A stretch of DNA of 63,660 nucleotides, counting the filler, from Octopus bimaculoides (Eukaryota): assembly GCF_001194135.2 (NCBI RefSeq). It is 5 parts of 5 records of this genome, joined end to end, with 100 filler letters (N's around TTAATTAATTAA, not from the genome) between each part and the next. Parts side by side here need not be neighbours in the genome. Positions count along the whole stretch, not along the records: positions 28,396 to 55,109 come from NC_068990.1; 4 more parts are not named here. One strand, written 5' to 3'. The notes under the pieces were generated by a model. That model ran no database searches. It had not been told where the DNA came from and was given only the letters and a program-made list of their open reading frames with translations. Position numbers and translations under genes: made by a program. Below, piece by piece: positions 38,766 to 51,914 of the stretch. How positions within the stretch are numbered: the stretch's first letter is position 1; each line of letters starts with the position of its first letter.

Positions 38766-39523
38766 CAGACACGCAGATAGATGGACGGACGGACCACACA
38801 TATACATACATACATACATACATACATACATACATACATACATACATACAAACAAATATACATGCATAAAATTCAGGTAGCAGTCTAATGAAGATTAGCT
38901 ATACATAGTGTTTCTATTGAGCAGGTATGTGCGGAACAGAACAAAAGTATAAACAGGCAACCAATTGGTATCAGATCAGATTATAACATTTATATATTTA
39001 AACATTGAGCAAAACTGAAAGTAGAAAAGAATGTTGCAGGAGTTTAGAACACAAGAGGTCAATAAAAGAACTGCTTATATGGCATATATATGCTGATTTT
39101 TTCCTGGAACACTTATATGGTGAGCCAGAACTATTGGTATTAGAGAAAGCTGGTCATCATAGGTACAATCCAAAGCTGAATGAGAAGGAGGAAGGCATAC
39201 AGGTAGTCCCTTACAGCTGTTTCAAGAATGCATGTGCAGATGGTGTATTTCCCAGCAGCTATTGGAAGACATTATAGTAGCAATGTATTCTCTCATCTTC
39301 ATGTTTTATCAATGTTCAAATATATAAAAGCCATGTAGTGATCTGATACCGGTCGTTTGCCTGTTTCAACCCCAAAAGGATGAGATCAATTTTGCCTTTC
39401 GTTCTTTCAGGGCTGACAAATTAAGTACCAGTGGAACACTGGAGTCAATGTATTCGACTAGTCCCCTCCCCCATAATTTCAGGCCTTGTGCTTTTAGTAA
39501 AAAGGATTATTATCATTATTATA

Positions 39524-39582
<59 letters not shown>

Positions 39583-39809
39583 GACAGTGATCTGGCAGAA
39601 TCGTTAGCACACAGGGCAAAATGCTTAGCGGCATTTCGTCGGTCCATAGGTTCTGAGTTCAAATTCTGCTGAGGTCGACGTTGCCTTTCATCATTTCAGG
39701 GTTGATAACTTAAGTTCTAGTCAAGTATTGAGGTCGATGTGATCTACCATCCACCTCCCCTCAAATTCTAGGACTGATGCTTATAGTAGAAAGGATTATT
39801 ATTATTATT

Positions 39810-40230
39810 GAATGATAGAGCAGCACAGGCCATCAAAGTGACAGAGGGGTACAAATATACAAAGCCCAATATACCCATTATGACTACCCATCTGATAAGG
39901 GTACACCAGGTACATGCATCACAACCATATGTGTGCAACATGGTGATCTCATATCAAAATAAATAGTGCATGACCTTGCAGGTGGGACCCAGTTAGAATT
40001 TTCTTCAGGTCGAGTAACCCATCCCACTCAAAAAGTCCCTGAATGAGGGCTATTTAAGGATGATGAATGAAACACCCATGCTTCCAGAGGTGAATTATTG
40101 AAACCCCAAGGAATTCCTCTCAAAACATTACTTCTGATTGCAATCAGAGATGCACATATCTTCAGCCACTAAGGGACATACTCAACTGGTTAAAAGGTCA
40201 AGCAACTGACAAGCACATTTGTGATATTGC
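39810..40230 (-). mobile_element. Family F element, truncated, CpG-decayed
   Basis: Aligns to 27282-27720 with many CG>TG/CA changes. Confidence 0.85.
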
Positions 40231-40287
40231 TGTTATTATGACTGTCCCCTCCCCACAAAATCCAGGCTTGTGCTTGTAGTAGAAAGG

Positions 40288-40323
<36 letters not shown>

Positions 40324-41019
40324 GTTATTATTATTATTGCACAAATATATACAGTACACACACACATATGCACACACACTCAGACACACAGACACATACA
40401 GACACAAGACACACACACATACACACACACATGCAATGATGTATTTATATATAAACATATATACACACATAATGCATATATGCATAAACATTATCATCAG
40501 TATCATCATCGTCATCGTAATCGTCGTTGTCATTATTATCATCATCATTATCATTAGTATCATTGTCATTGTCATCATCATCATCGTCATCATTTAGTGT
40601 CCTGCTTCAAACAGTCCAACACATTCTGGCAGTTTGACAAGTTGGACAGCTTGTCAATAGCTGTCAAGCCAGAGGACTGCACCAAGCTCCACTGTCAGCT
40701 TTGACATGGCTCCTGATGTTGAATGCTCTTCCTAATGTCAACCACTTTACAGGGTGTAGTGGGTGGTTTTCAAGTGGCACCAACAGCAGTGAGGTTGTTA
40801 AATAACATTTAAGAAAAAGCACCTCAAATGAGTGGAGAATGATATTGAGCAAGGTGGATTTGTGTCAAATGATTTGTGTCTAATCAAGAGATTTGAGTAT
40901 GAATACAGGAGCAGAAATAGATGTCCTGAAGTAGAGAAGATTCATGTAGGAGAGAATAGACAGTGGGGAGAAAGAAGATGGTAAAGATGTGATCAAGTGA
41001 ATACTCAAGTTGCAGGGAG

Positions 41020-41065
<46 letters not shown>

Positions 41066-42116
41066 NNNNNNNNNNNNNNNNNNNNNNNNNNNNNNNNNNN
41101 NNNNNNNNNNNNNNNNNNNNNNNNNNNNNNNNNNNNNNNNNNNNNNNNNNNNNNNNNNNNNNNNNNNNNNNNNNNNNNNNNNNNNNNNNNNNNNNNNNNN
41201 NNNNNNNNNNNNNNNNNNNNNNNNNNNNNNNNNNNNNNNNNNNNNNNNNNNNNNNNNNNNNNNNNNNNNNNNNNNNNNNNNNNNNNNNNNNNNNNNNNNN
41301 NNNNNNNNNNNNNNNNNNNNNNNNNNNNNNNNNNNNNNNNNNNNNNNNNNNNNNNNNNNNNNNNNNNNNNNNNNNNNNNNNNNNNNNNNNNNNNNNNNNN
41401 NNNNNNNNNNNNNNNNNNNNNNNNNNNNNNNNNNNNNNNNNNNNNNNNNNNNNNNNNNNNNNNNNNNNNNNNNNNNNNNNNNNNNNNNNNNNNNNNNNNN
41501 NNNNNNNNNNNNNNNNNNNNNNNNNNNNNNNNNNNNNNNNNNNNNNNNNNNNNNNNNNNNNNNNNNNNNNNNNNNNNNNNNNNNNNNNNNNNNNNNNNNN
41601 NNNNNNNNNNNNNNNNNNNNNNNNNNNNNNNNNNNNNNNNNNNNNNNNNNNNNNNNNNNNNNNNNNNNNNNNNNNNNNNNNNNNNNNNNNNNNNNNNNNN
41701 NNNNNNNNNNNNNNNNNNNNNNNNNNNNNNNNNNNNNNNNNNNNNNNNNNNNNNNNNNNNNNNNNNNNNNNNNNNNNNNNNNNNNNNNNNNNNNNNNNNN
41801 NNNNNNNNNNNNNNNNNNNNNNNNNNNNNNNNNNNNNNNNNNNNNNNNNNNNNNNNNNNNNNNNNNNNNNNNNNNNNNNNNNNNNNNNNNNNNNNNNNNN
41901 NNNNNNNNNNNNNNNNNNNNNNNNNNNNNNNNNNNNNNNNNNNNNNNNTCCTGGAATCGATTTGTTTGACTAAAGGCGGTGCTCCAGCATGGCTGCAGTC
42001 AAATGACTGAAGCAAATAAAAGAATAAAAGAATACACACACACATGTACATACCTAGCTACCTATCTACCTACATGCATACATACATACATACATGAATA
42101 CATACATACATACATG

Positions 42117-42192
<76 letters not shown>

Positions 42193-42448
42193 CATAATAC
42201 TATATATCAAGTACTACGTACTGAGTATGAAACTGCATGTGTACAAGTAACAAATGCTATTGCATGTATTTATATACATACTTATATACGTATGTATACA
42301 TATGTATGTATGTAATGTATGTATGCTTATATTTATATATGCACATATATATATATTTATGTATATGTATATATAAATATATACACACACATATATATTT
42401 ATGCATATGTATATATAAATATATACACACACATATATATACATACAT

Positions 42449-42484
<36 letters not shown>

Positions 42485-42891
42485 AAGCAGGTATGTATGA
42501 ATATGTGAGTATATATATGTGTGTGCGTCTGTGTGTGTGTGTAATATATGTAAGTATAAAAACACAAACACACAAAGAAATACACACACACACATGCACA
42601 CACACACACACATGCACACAGACACACACACACATGCACATACACATGTGCACACACATACACAGAATGATTTGCTCCTCATTGAATACTAGCTATTTGA
42701 TATGCAGTGCTATACATGATACTAACAGATATATATATATACAATAGTGTTAATTGCTATTTAGTCAATATTTGCCATTTGACATCCGCTATTATTTACA
42801 TTATGAGCAAACATATATGCCGATAAGTTGTCATTCACCTGAGCACTGTACATGATAAGCTCATCATCATCATCATCATCATCATCATTAC

Positions 42892-42928
<37 letters not shown>

Positions 42929-43161
42929 GTATAGCATAATTTGCTATTAAATACTTGATATCCCTTATTACACACAATACTAACAAATTTATAATTCCCG
43001 TGACTGATATTTTTGTTAGTTTTGCTGTTTAACACAAGGTCACTGCTAATTGAGCATATCCATGAACATACGCATTCTAGACGTGACCATCTCATCATAC
43101 TTCTTCATTTTCCCTCTTGTTATCATTATTATTATTATTATCATTATCATTATTATTATTA

Positions 43162-43205
<44 letters not shown>

Positions 43206-43751
43206 GTTATTGTTATTATTTTTTGGCAAGTAACATACCAAATATCACATTATATAACGTCTTCAAAGAATTCATTCATGTTAGGATAGTCGGGTTACGC
43301 ATGATTCAAAGGGGGGTGATTCAGCTGTTAGTTCTAGTGACCCACTGGTCAATGAGTGTTGTGCTGAAATGTTATCAGAAAATTAAAAACTACAATAAAC
43401 AACACAAATAAAATAACTAATAAAACAGAAAACAANNNNNNNNNNNNNNNNNNNNNNNNNNNNNNNNNNNNNNNNNNNNNNNNNNNNNNNNNNNNNNNNN
43501 NNNNNNNNNNNNNNNNNNNNNNNNNNNNNNNNNNNNNNNNNNNNNNNNNNNNNNNNNNNNNNNNNNNNNNNNNNNNNNNNNNNNNNNNNNNNNNNNNNNN
43601 NNNNNNNNNNNNNNNNNNNNNNNNNNNNNNNNNNNNNNNNNNNNNNNNNNNNNNNNNNNNNNNNNNNNNNNNNNNNNNNNNNNNNNNNNNNNNNNNNNNN
43701 NNNNNNNNNNNNNNNNNNNNNNNNNNNNNNNNNNNNNNNNNNNNNNNNNNN

Positions 43752-43783
<32 letters not shown>

Positions 43784-44804
43784 TATGTATATTTATGTAT
43801 ACATACTTATATATCTGCCAGTTTCTTTACTGACACAAGGAGTAAAATGAGAGAACAAAACAGTTTTATTATTGTCTTGTTCTTCCGTTTGCTCTGGGAC
43901 TCAACTTGTTGTTGTTGTTGTTGTTGGAGATGTTGATGTTCATTTTGTGGTTGTTGGTATTGTTGATGTTGTTGTTGGTGTTGTTGATGCTGTGATTGAT
44001 ATTGTAAATACACCTGTTACAGTAGTTGTTGTGATGTCACCTGTTATTGTTGTTTTTCCTTTTATCACACTTTATTGCTGCTGCTGCTGCTGTTGTTGTT
44101 ATTGGTGTTGTTCTTGTTGTTATTGTAGATGTGTTAGTTGATGCAAGTGTTGCTGTTGTTGTTGTTGTTCAGTATTTTCCACTACTTTCATATTTGATTA
44201 CCATGTATTTGTTGTTGCTGTTGTTGTTGTCTTAAAATAATAACAGAAGTTGCAAGTGTGGTCCCGCATCTTTGAAGCAGCAGGGGAAAGCAAAAAGAAG
44301 CGTAACTCGCACAAAACAGTAGACTGGACTGGACAATGTTGGTCCATCCATCCGTCTGTCTGTCCAACTCTATGACAGTGTGTCAGTCCGTCAGTCAGTC
44401 CGTCAGTCCGTCTGCTTGTCTGTCTATCTGTCTGAATGTCTGTTGGCAAGCATGAACAGGACAGAAGAAAGTTTAGAGAGAAACAGAGATTGAAATGGAA
44501 AGAGAGAAAGAGTGAAAGAGAGTCTAGAGAGAGAGAGAGAAAGAAAGAGAGTCTAGGTAAACAAACGCGCTGTCTCCTGGGTCACTCTACTATTTTTAGC
44601 CATTAAATTTTTTTTTTCATATCTTATTTCTTCACTTATCTACCCCATCTCCACCCACCCCCTCTACCAACGTCTCTTTCCTTGGTAGTGTACTGAACTA
44701 CTCAAGACAGTAGCTTTGGGAAGGAGATGAGGGTAATTCATTGGTGACGGTGTGGGTGATAGTGTTCCGTGATGGTCAGTGGGAGGGGAGATGATGGAAT
44801 CAGT

Positions 44805-44846
<42 letters not shown>

Positions 44847-45034
44847 ACATGTATATATCTATATACATAAATATACATATATATGTATGTATATATAGAT
44901 AGATAGATAGATAGAGAGATAGATAGATAGATAGAGAGATAGATAGATAGATACACGTATACACACACACACGCACAAATACAGAGGGAGAGAGAAAGAG
45001 AGAGAGAGAGAGAGAAAGAGAGATAGAGAGAGAA

Positions 45035-45119
<85 letters not shown>

Positions 45120-45128
45120 AAGGCAGAA

Positions 45129-45172
<44 letters not shown>

Positions 45173-47349
45173 AAGAAAGAAAGAGGGGAAGAAGAAGGGA
45201 GAGAAATAAAAAGTTGAACACACATTTATAGATATAGACACACATGCAAACACATGCACACACACATGCACATACATGCACACACATGAAAAAGAAAAAG
45301 ATGGAAAAGATAGAGAAAGAAACAAACAGACAGACAAACACAAGGAGTAGAAGGAAGAGCAGGATAAGAAGAAGAGAAAGAAGAAAGTGAAAGCTACAAA
45401 GTGGAAACACACCTGGCTAAAGAATACACAGAGCCGTAAGGGTGGAGGTGGTGGTGTTGGTGGCAGTAGTGTTTATGATGGTGGTGTTGGTGATGTGACA
45501 ACTGGTTTAGAGTCACCCTTAGCAACAGTCAACAGCCAGCTTTTTAATCTCTACCACCACCACCACCACCACNNNNNNNNNNNNNNNNNNNNNNNNNNNN
45601 NNNNNNNNNNNNNNNNNNNNNNNNNNNNNNNNNNNNNNNNNNNNNNNNNNNNNNNNNNNNNNNNNNNNNNNNNNNNNNNNNNNNNNNNNNNNNNNNNNNN
45701 NNNNNNNNNNNNNNNNNNNNNNNNNNNNNNNNNNNNNNNNNNNNNNNNNNNNNNNNNNNNNNNNNNNNNNNNNNNNNNNNNNNNNNNNNNNNNNNNNNNN
45801 NNNNNNNNNNNNNNNNNNNNNNNNNNNNNNNNNNNNNNNNNNNNNNNNNNNNNNNNNNNNNNNNNNNNNNNNNNNNNNNNNNNNNNNNNNNNNNNNNNNN
45901 NNNNNNNNNNNNNNNNNNNNNNNNNNNNNNNNNNNNNNNNNNNNNNNNNNNNNNNNNNNNNNNNNNNNNNNNNNNNNNNNNNNNNNNNNNNNNNNNNNNN
46001 NNNNNNNNNNNNNNNNNNNNNNNNNNNNNNNNNNNNNNNNNNNNNNNNNNNNNNNNNNNNNNNNNNNNNNNNNNNNNNNNNNNNNNNNNNNNNNNNNNNN
46101 NNNNNNNNNNNNNNNNNNNNNNNNNNNNNNNNNNNNNNNNNNNNNNNNNNNNNNNNNNNNNNNNNNNNNNNNNNNNNNNNNNNNNNNNNNNNNNNNNNNN
46201 NNNNNNNNNNNNNNNNNNNNNNNNNNNNNNNNNNNNNNNNNNNNNNNNNNNNNNNNNNNNNNNNNNNNNNNNNNNNNNNNNNNNNNNNNNNNNNNNNNNN
46301 NNNNNNNNNNNNNNNNNNNNNNNNNNNNNNNNNNNNNNNNNNNNNNNNNNNNNNNNNNNNNNNNNNNNNNNNNTATTTCAGTTATTTGACTGCAGCCATG
46401 CTGGAGCACTGCCTTTAGTCAAACAGATCGACCCCAGAACTTATTCTTTGTAAGCCTAGTACTTATCCTATTGGTTACTTTTCCTGAACTGCTAAGTTAC
46501 GGGCATGTAACATCAGTTGTCAAGTGATGGTGGTGGGGTCAAACACAGACTCACATACAAATACGCACACACACACACACACGCACACACGCACTTATAT
46601 ATATATACAACGGGCTTCTTTCAGTTTCTGTCTACCAAATCCATTCACAAGGCTTTGGTTGGCCCGAGGCTACAGTAGAAGACACTTGTCCAAGCTACCA
46701 CGCAGTGGGACTGAACCTAGAACCGCTTCTATGCCTATAATATATATAGAATATGAGGGGTCTAGTTCAGTGGTAATTTAAACATAAAAGTACGTTGAGT
46801 AAGTACTAAAATTGGTCATACATATGTGTGTATATGTTTGTGTGTCTGTGTTTGTCCCCCCCAACATCGCTTGACAACCAATGCTGGTGTGTTTAGATCC
46901 CCGTAACTTAGTGGTTCAGCAAAAGAGACTGATAGAATAAGTACTAGGCATCCAAAGAAAAAGTCATGGGTCAATTTGCTCGACTAAAGGCGGTGCTCCA
47001 GCATGGCCACAGTTAAATGAGTGAAACAAGTAAAAAGAGTAAAAAGAGTAAAAAGAGAGAGTATATATTGTAAAGTGGTTAGCATTAGGAAGGGCACCTA
47101 GTCATAGAAACTATGCCAAAGTTGACATTGGAACTCTGCAGAGTCTTACTGTTTGTAAGATTCTGTCATACTGCCCGACCTATTCCAACATGGAAAACAG
47201 ATGAGAAATGATTATGATGATGATGAGACAGACAGGAAGACACTTAAGTTGAACATGTATGTCTACAGACATATGTAAAGTGAAAAAAAGAAGGAAAAAG
47301 AAAGAGGACTATGCATATATGCATAGTTATGTATGTGTGTGTGTATTTT

Positions 47350-47386
<37 letters not shown>

Positions 47387-49012
47387 TTATACATACACAC
47401 ACACATACACACACAAACACATACACAGACATGCATATATATATATATATACACACACAAAATATGGGGGTTTAGTTCACAGGTGATCTGAACGACTAGG
47501 TACACTAGGTAAATGAGGTAACAGATTACTAGGGCTCCAAGGTTATAGCTCCAAGATGGTATTTGTGGAGCCATTGCAGGTTTCCAATATAGCAGAACAT
47601 GTAAAAGAGTAAAAGAGTACATATATATAATATGTGTGTGTGTGTGTATCACTGTCATTGTATCAACCAGACTATTGGATGTTGTAACACACCCCTAGTG
47701 TATTTTAGCTTTCAAGTGATGCCAACCAGGTAGGCAGGCCACCATTACCTGTGAATGGAATGTCAGTCTGTCTCAAGGTTTGTAATTTACAGCTGAGTAG
47801 TCTGGGGCAATGTGAAATGAAGTGTTTTGCTCAAGAATACAATGCACATTCAGTCTGGGAATCAAAATCATGATATTGTGATTGTGAAAGTGATATCATA
47901 ACCGCTGTATAAGTTTATCAACGATATCTATTCAGATATAAATCATTAGATGATTTTATATTACACAACATATTCAAAGACTTCTAAATGAATTGAAATT
48001 GGGCTTTTATTTGAAGATACAAAGGCCAAGACCAATTTACAGTTGTTGGTGATTCTCAAAGGAAAAAAAATTTCATTCTTGTAACAATTTCTTGACAAAT
48101 CAGGTATAAGTAGATTATGTTTGGCTGATAAGGGCTAAAAAGACTGAAATATATCCTTTGAGTTTCCTTGTCGAATAACAACAATCAGATCACCCCAAAC
48201 TCATTTTTTTATCACTTGCTATGTCTGAAAGAAAGGGCAGTGTCCTTGGCTCTTGCAGCTCCTTGTAGATCAGTCTGGTTGATGGCACCAATGTTCCTCT
48301 TGAATCTTTGTAATTCAGAACTTGTGGAAAAAAGTTATGAAAATGGAGAAAGTTCTAGAAGGCTGATGTTCTGGGAAATAAGAGTTGGGTGAAGTGATTA
48401 GTGAAGAACATGGTTTCTATGACTAGATACCCTTCCTAATGCTAACCACTTTACAATATATACTGGGTACTTTTATGCGACAAGTGGAGTCATAAAGTAA
48501 CTTGCAAGACAAAGTAAAAGTGATTGTGATGTCACACACATTAGTGTGTGACATCACAAGAGTAATAAGAAGAGGCAGGATGAACAGGGTGGAAATACCT
48601 TAGTGGAGGCAGCATGAGCCCAGTCAAGGAACTCCAAAGAACAGGCTAGGCTCATGCCTCTGCTATCACTACTAAAATAACTCTCAATCCTTTCTACCAT
48701 TACCGTAATGGCTTTTGCTGTGTTTGCTTGTAACTATATTGACGCCTAAAACAATTAACAAAAGCATGGTTCAAGTTACCAAACTATACTAACTTACAAG
48801 TGGCAGCTGGTTGTTCTATTCAATCTATGTTGAGATAGACTCATCGTGTAATTCACTTAATTGAGGGATGTTTACTCTGAGTTCTCATATGCAGCCAACT
48901 TATGATGACACACAACATGTTCAGAGATCTTTCTCAAGATAAAACGAAATCAAAATTATCTAATGCGTATAGACACAATATCCCTGAAAAGATTAGTACA
49001 GTATTGTAAATG

Positions 49013-49067
<55 letters not shown>

Positions 49068-49100
49068 TAAAAATAATAATAATAATAATAATAATAATAA

Positions 49101-49473
49101 TTTCTAATTGATGTATCAATACCAGCAGATGACAACGTTTCCCTAAAAGAAATGGAAAAACTTTCAAAATGCAAAGACCTGGAAATAGAGGTAACTCGAA
49201 TGTGGAATCTAAAAACAAACAATTCCTATCAAAGTAGGTGCCTTAGGTATAATAAAAAAATATTCAGACAAATACATAACAAAAACACCAGGACTTACAA
49301 ATATATATAACATACAGAAAATTGCACTACTGGGCACTACACACATCCTACGCAAAACACTTTCAATACAGTAACCATAAGAGCATCACAGCAAACCACA
49401 GCACATACCCAAGGCGCACAGAGCTGCGCTCGGTAGTGAAGTGAAAGCACGTTATAAAAATAAAACTACTGAA
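49101..49473 (+). mobile_element. 5'-truncated R4/Dong-type LINE 3' end with complete 3' UTR, in (AAT)n
   Basis: Near-identical to 19144-19436 (LIDVSIPADDNV...RKTLSIQ*), followed by the UTR and an AAT tail. Confidence 0.92.
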
Positions 49474-49528
49474 CAATAATAATAATAATAATAATGATAA
49501 TAACAACAACAATAATAATGATAATGAA

Positions 49529-49568
<40 letters not shown>

Positions 49569-49569
<1 letters not shown>

Positions 49570-49685
49570 ACACTTTCAATACAGTAAACATAAGAGCACC
49601 ACAGCAAACCACAGCACATACCCAAGGCGCACAGAGCTGCGCTCGGTAGTGAAGTGAAAGCACGTTATAAAAATAAAACTACTGA
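49569..49685 (+). mobile_element. Second, ~115-bp copy of the same LINE 3' end
   Basis: Repeats CACTTTCAATACAGTAA...AAAACTACTGAA, with AAT runs on both sides. Confidence 0.9.
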
Positions 49686-49714
49686 ATAATAATAATAATA
49701 ATAATAATAGTAAT

Positions 49715-49902
49715 AGACAATACCACAATGTAATGAAAGATTTTGAGTCATCAAGGTCAAATTTATAGAAAACAAGGGAATGGGAAAATCTGAATTCAAT
49801 TTATCATCAGGTTGTTATGTTCATGCTGTGATATGCAAGGACTGTGGCTTTGTTTGTAAATCTAAAGCTGGTTTGATATCTTGATGTAGACACATGCATT
49901 AG
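49715..49902 (+). mobile_element. Probable RTE LINE 3' end with C2H2 remnant
   Basis: ICKDCGFVCKSKAGLIS*CRHMH* at 49831-49902. Confidence 0.5.
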
Positions 49903-49957
49903 GTAATTGACTGAATTATTGAACCCTTATCTACTTCTCTGTTTGTGAGTGAGTGAG

Positions 49958-50005
<48 letters not shown>

Positions 50006-51051
50006 NNNNNNNNNNNNNNNNNNNNNNNNNNNNNNNNNNNNNNNNNNNNNNNNNNNNNNNNNNNNNNNNNNNNNNNNNNNNNNNNNNNNNNNNNNNNNNN
50101 NNNNNNNNNNNNNNNNNNNNNNNNNNNNNNNNNNNNNNNNNNNNNNNNNNNNNNNNNNNNNNNNNNNNNNNNNNNNNNNNNNNNNNNNNNNNNNNNNNNN
50201 NNNNNNNNNNNNNNNNNNNNNNNNNNNNNNNNNNNNNNNNNNNNNNNNNNNNNNNNNNNNNNNNNNNNNNNNNNNNNNNNNNNNNNNNNNNNNNNNNNNN
50301 NNNNNNNNNNNNNNNNNNNNNNNNNNNNNNNNNNNNNNNNNNNNNNNNNNNNNNNNNNNNNNNNNNNNNNNNNNNNNNNNNNNNNNNNNNNNNNNNNNNN
50401 NNNNNNNNNNNNNNNNNNNNNNNNNNNNNNNNNNNNNNNNNNNNNNNNNNNNNNNNNNNNNNNNNNNNNNNNNNNNNNNNNNNNNNNNNNNNNNNNNNNN
50501 NNNNNNNNNNNNNNNNNNNNNNNNNATATATATATATATATATAATTGTTAAAAAGGACAGCAAATGTTAAGGCAAGGCAAACATCTAAAGTCATATACA
50601 TTATTATTATTAGAAAAACATCAAAGTCTTACAGCTTTTTCTGGGATATCCCAGAGTATGAGATATTCTGTTGTTAGAAACAAATAGGGAAAACGAGAAG
50701 GGTATAGGTTAAGGAAATGATGACATAGAGGACAGAAGTAAAGGAATAAGGAGATGAATAAAGAGAAGAAAAAAGAAGCATAAAAGTTCACAGTTCAACT
50801 TTCCGGTCATGTAAAAGTAAGTCCATAAGTCCTTAGGTGCAATCTTGTGTAAATCCATGTAGGTTAAAGTCGTGATAGTGTTAGTATCCAGAAAAAGACG
50901 CGAACATATCAACATTGAATAACAGAATAGTAGCGGAGGTGGCTATTAATTGGTAAAAAGACAGAAAGGTAAATAAATAGAAAGAGAGGTAAATAGAGTG
51001 AGAGAGGGAGTTAAGGATTGACATTAAGGATAAATTATGGTATATAAATAT

Positions 51052-51446
51052 ATAGTGTCTAAGAATATAGCGTACAAAGATAGCCAAGAAGATAAGAGAA
51101 AAGAGGAGGTAAAGGAAGATAACTTTAAAAAATTAAAAAAGCAAAATGAAAGGAATTTGAAGAGAATAGTAGGTTCCAGTGTTATTCTTCTAGTCTATAG
51201 GGGTTGGAGAGGAAATCTAGTAGTAAATACTTGTGACTGTTCTGGCTTAGGTCAGAATGGACACAAACATTTATTACTAGATTTCCTTTCCAACCCCTAT
51301 AGACTAAAAGAATACCACTGGCACCAACTATTCTCTTCAAATTTCTTTCATTTTGCTTTATTTATTCATTATTTTATATCATCTTTTACCTCCTCCTCCT
51401 CTTTCTTATCTTGGCTATCTTTGTACACTATATTCTTAGACACTAT
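51052..51446. repeat. Long imperfect inverted repeat (foldback)
   Basis: ATAGTGTCTAAGAATATAG...GGAAATCTAGTA pairs with TACTAGATTTCC...CTATATTCTTAGACACTAT; centre ~51249. Confidence 0.92.
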
Positions 51447-51500
51447 TAAATACATGGGCTTACTGCATTCAGGTATCTACATGTATGCAAATATGTGTGT

Positions 51501-51556
<56 letters not shown>

Positions 51557-51559
51557 GAC

Positions 51560-51910
51560 AGAGTGTAATGGGTGATCTTTACATGCCACTAGCATGGGTA
51601 CCACTTATATGACACGGCCAGCAGCCACAACTACAATTTCACTTGGCTTGACCGCCAAAGGTCTCAGTCACTTGTCAGCACCTCTGTGAGGAACAACATT
51701 CGAGATCATGTTTCACCACTTCCTCCCATGTCTTCCTGGGTCTATCTCTTCCTCAGGCTCCTTCCACAATTACACAGCTGTCCTCATCACATGACCATAC
51801 CAGCACAGAAGTCTCTCTTGTGCACCACATCTGATGCCTCTTATGCCCAGTTTTTCTCTCAAGACACTTACACTCTGTCGTACATGCACATTGACATTGC
51901 ACATCCAGCA
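51560..51910 (-). mobile_element. RTE-type LINE/SINE 3' end
   Basis: Minus strand has RPRKTWEEVVKHDL, typical of the RTE C-terminus, and a tail shared with family D. Confidence 0.7.
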
Positions 51911-51914
51911 AAGC

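Noticed and set aside
42925-43098. VSIVCNKGYQVF..C resembling a sushi/CCP domain
   Set aside because: No splice acceptor, missing conserved Trp and Cys spacing, runs into microsatellite.
43245-43366. Minus-strand segment with good acceptor and G|GTATGT donor
   Set aside because: Stops in all three frames; could only be non-coding, and there is no support.
43807-44013. Poly-Q ORF ending in KRKNK plus a hydrophobic stretch (type II membrane-like)
   Set aside because: Part of a larger degenerate (AAC)n field with stops upstream; no credible start or splice pair.
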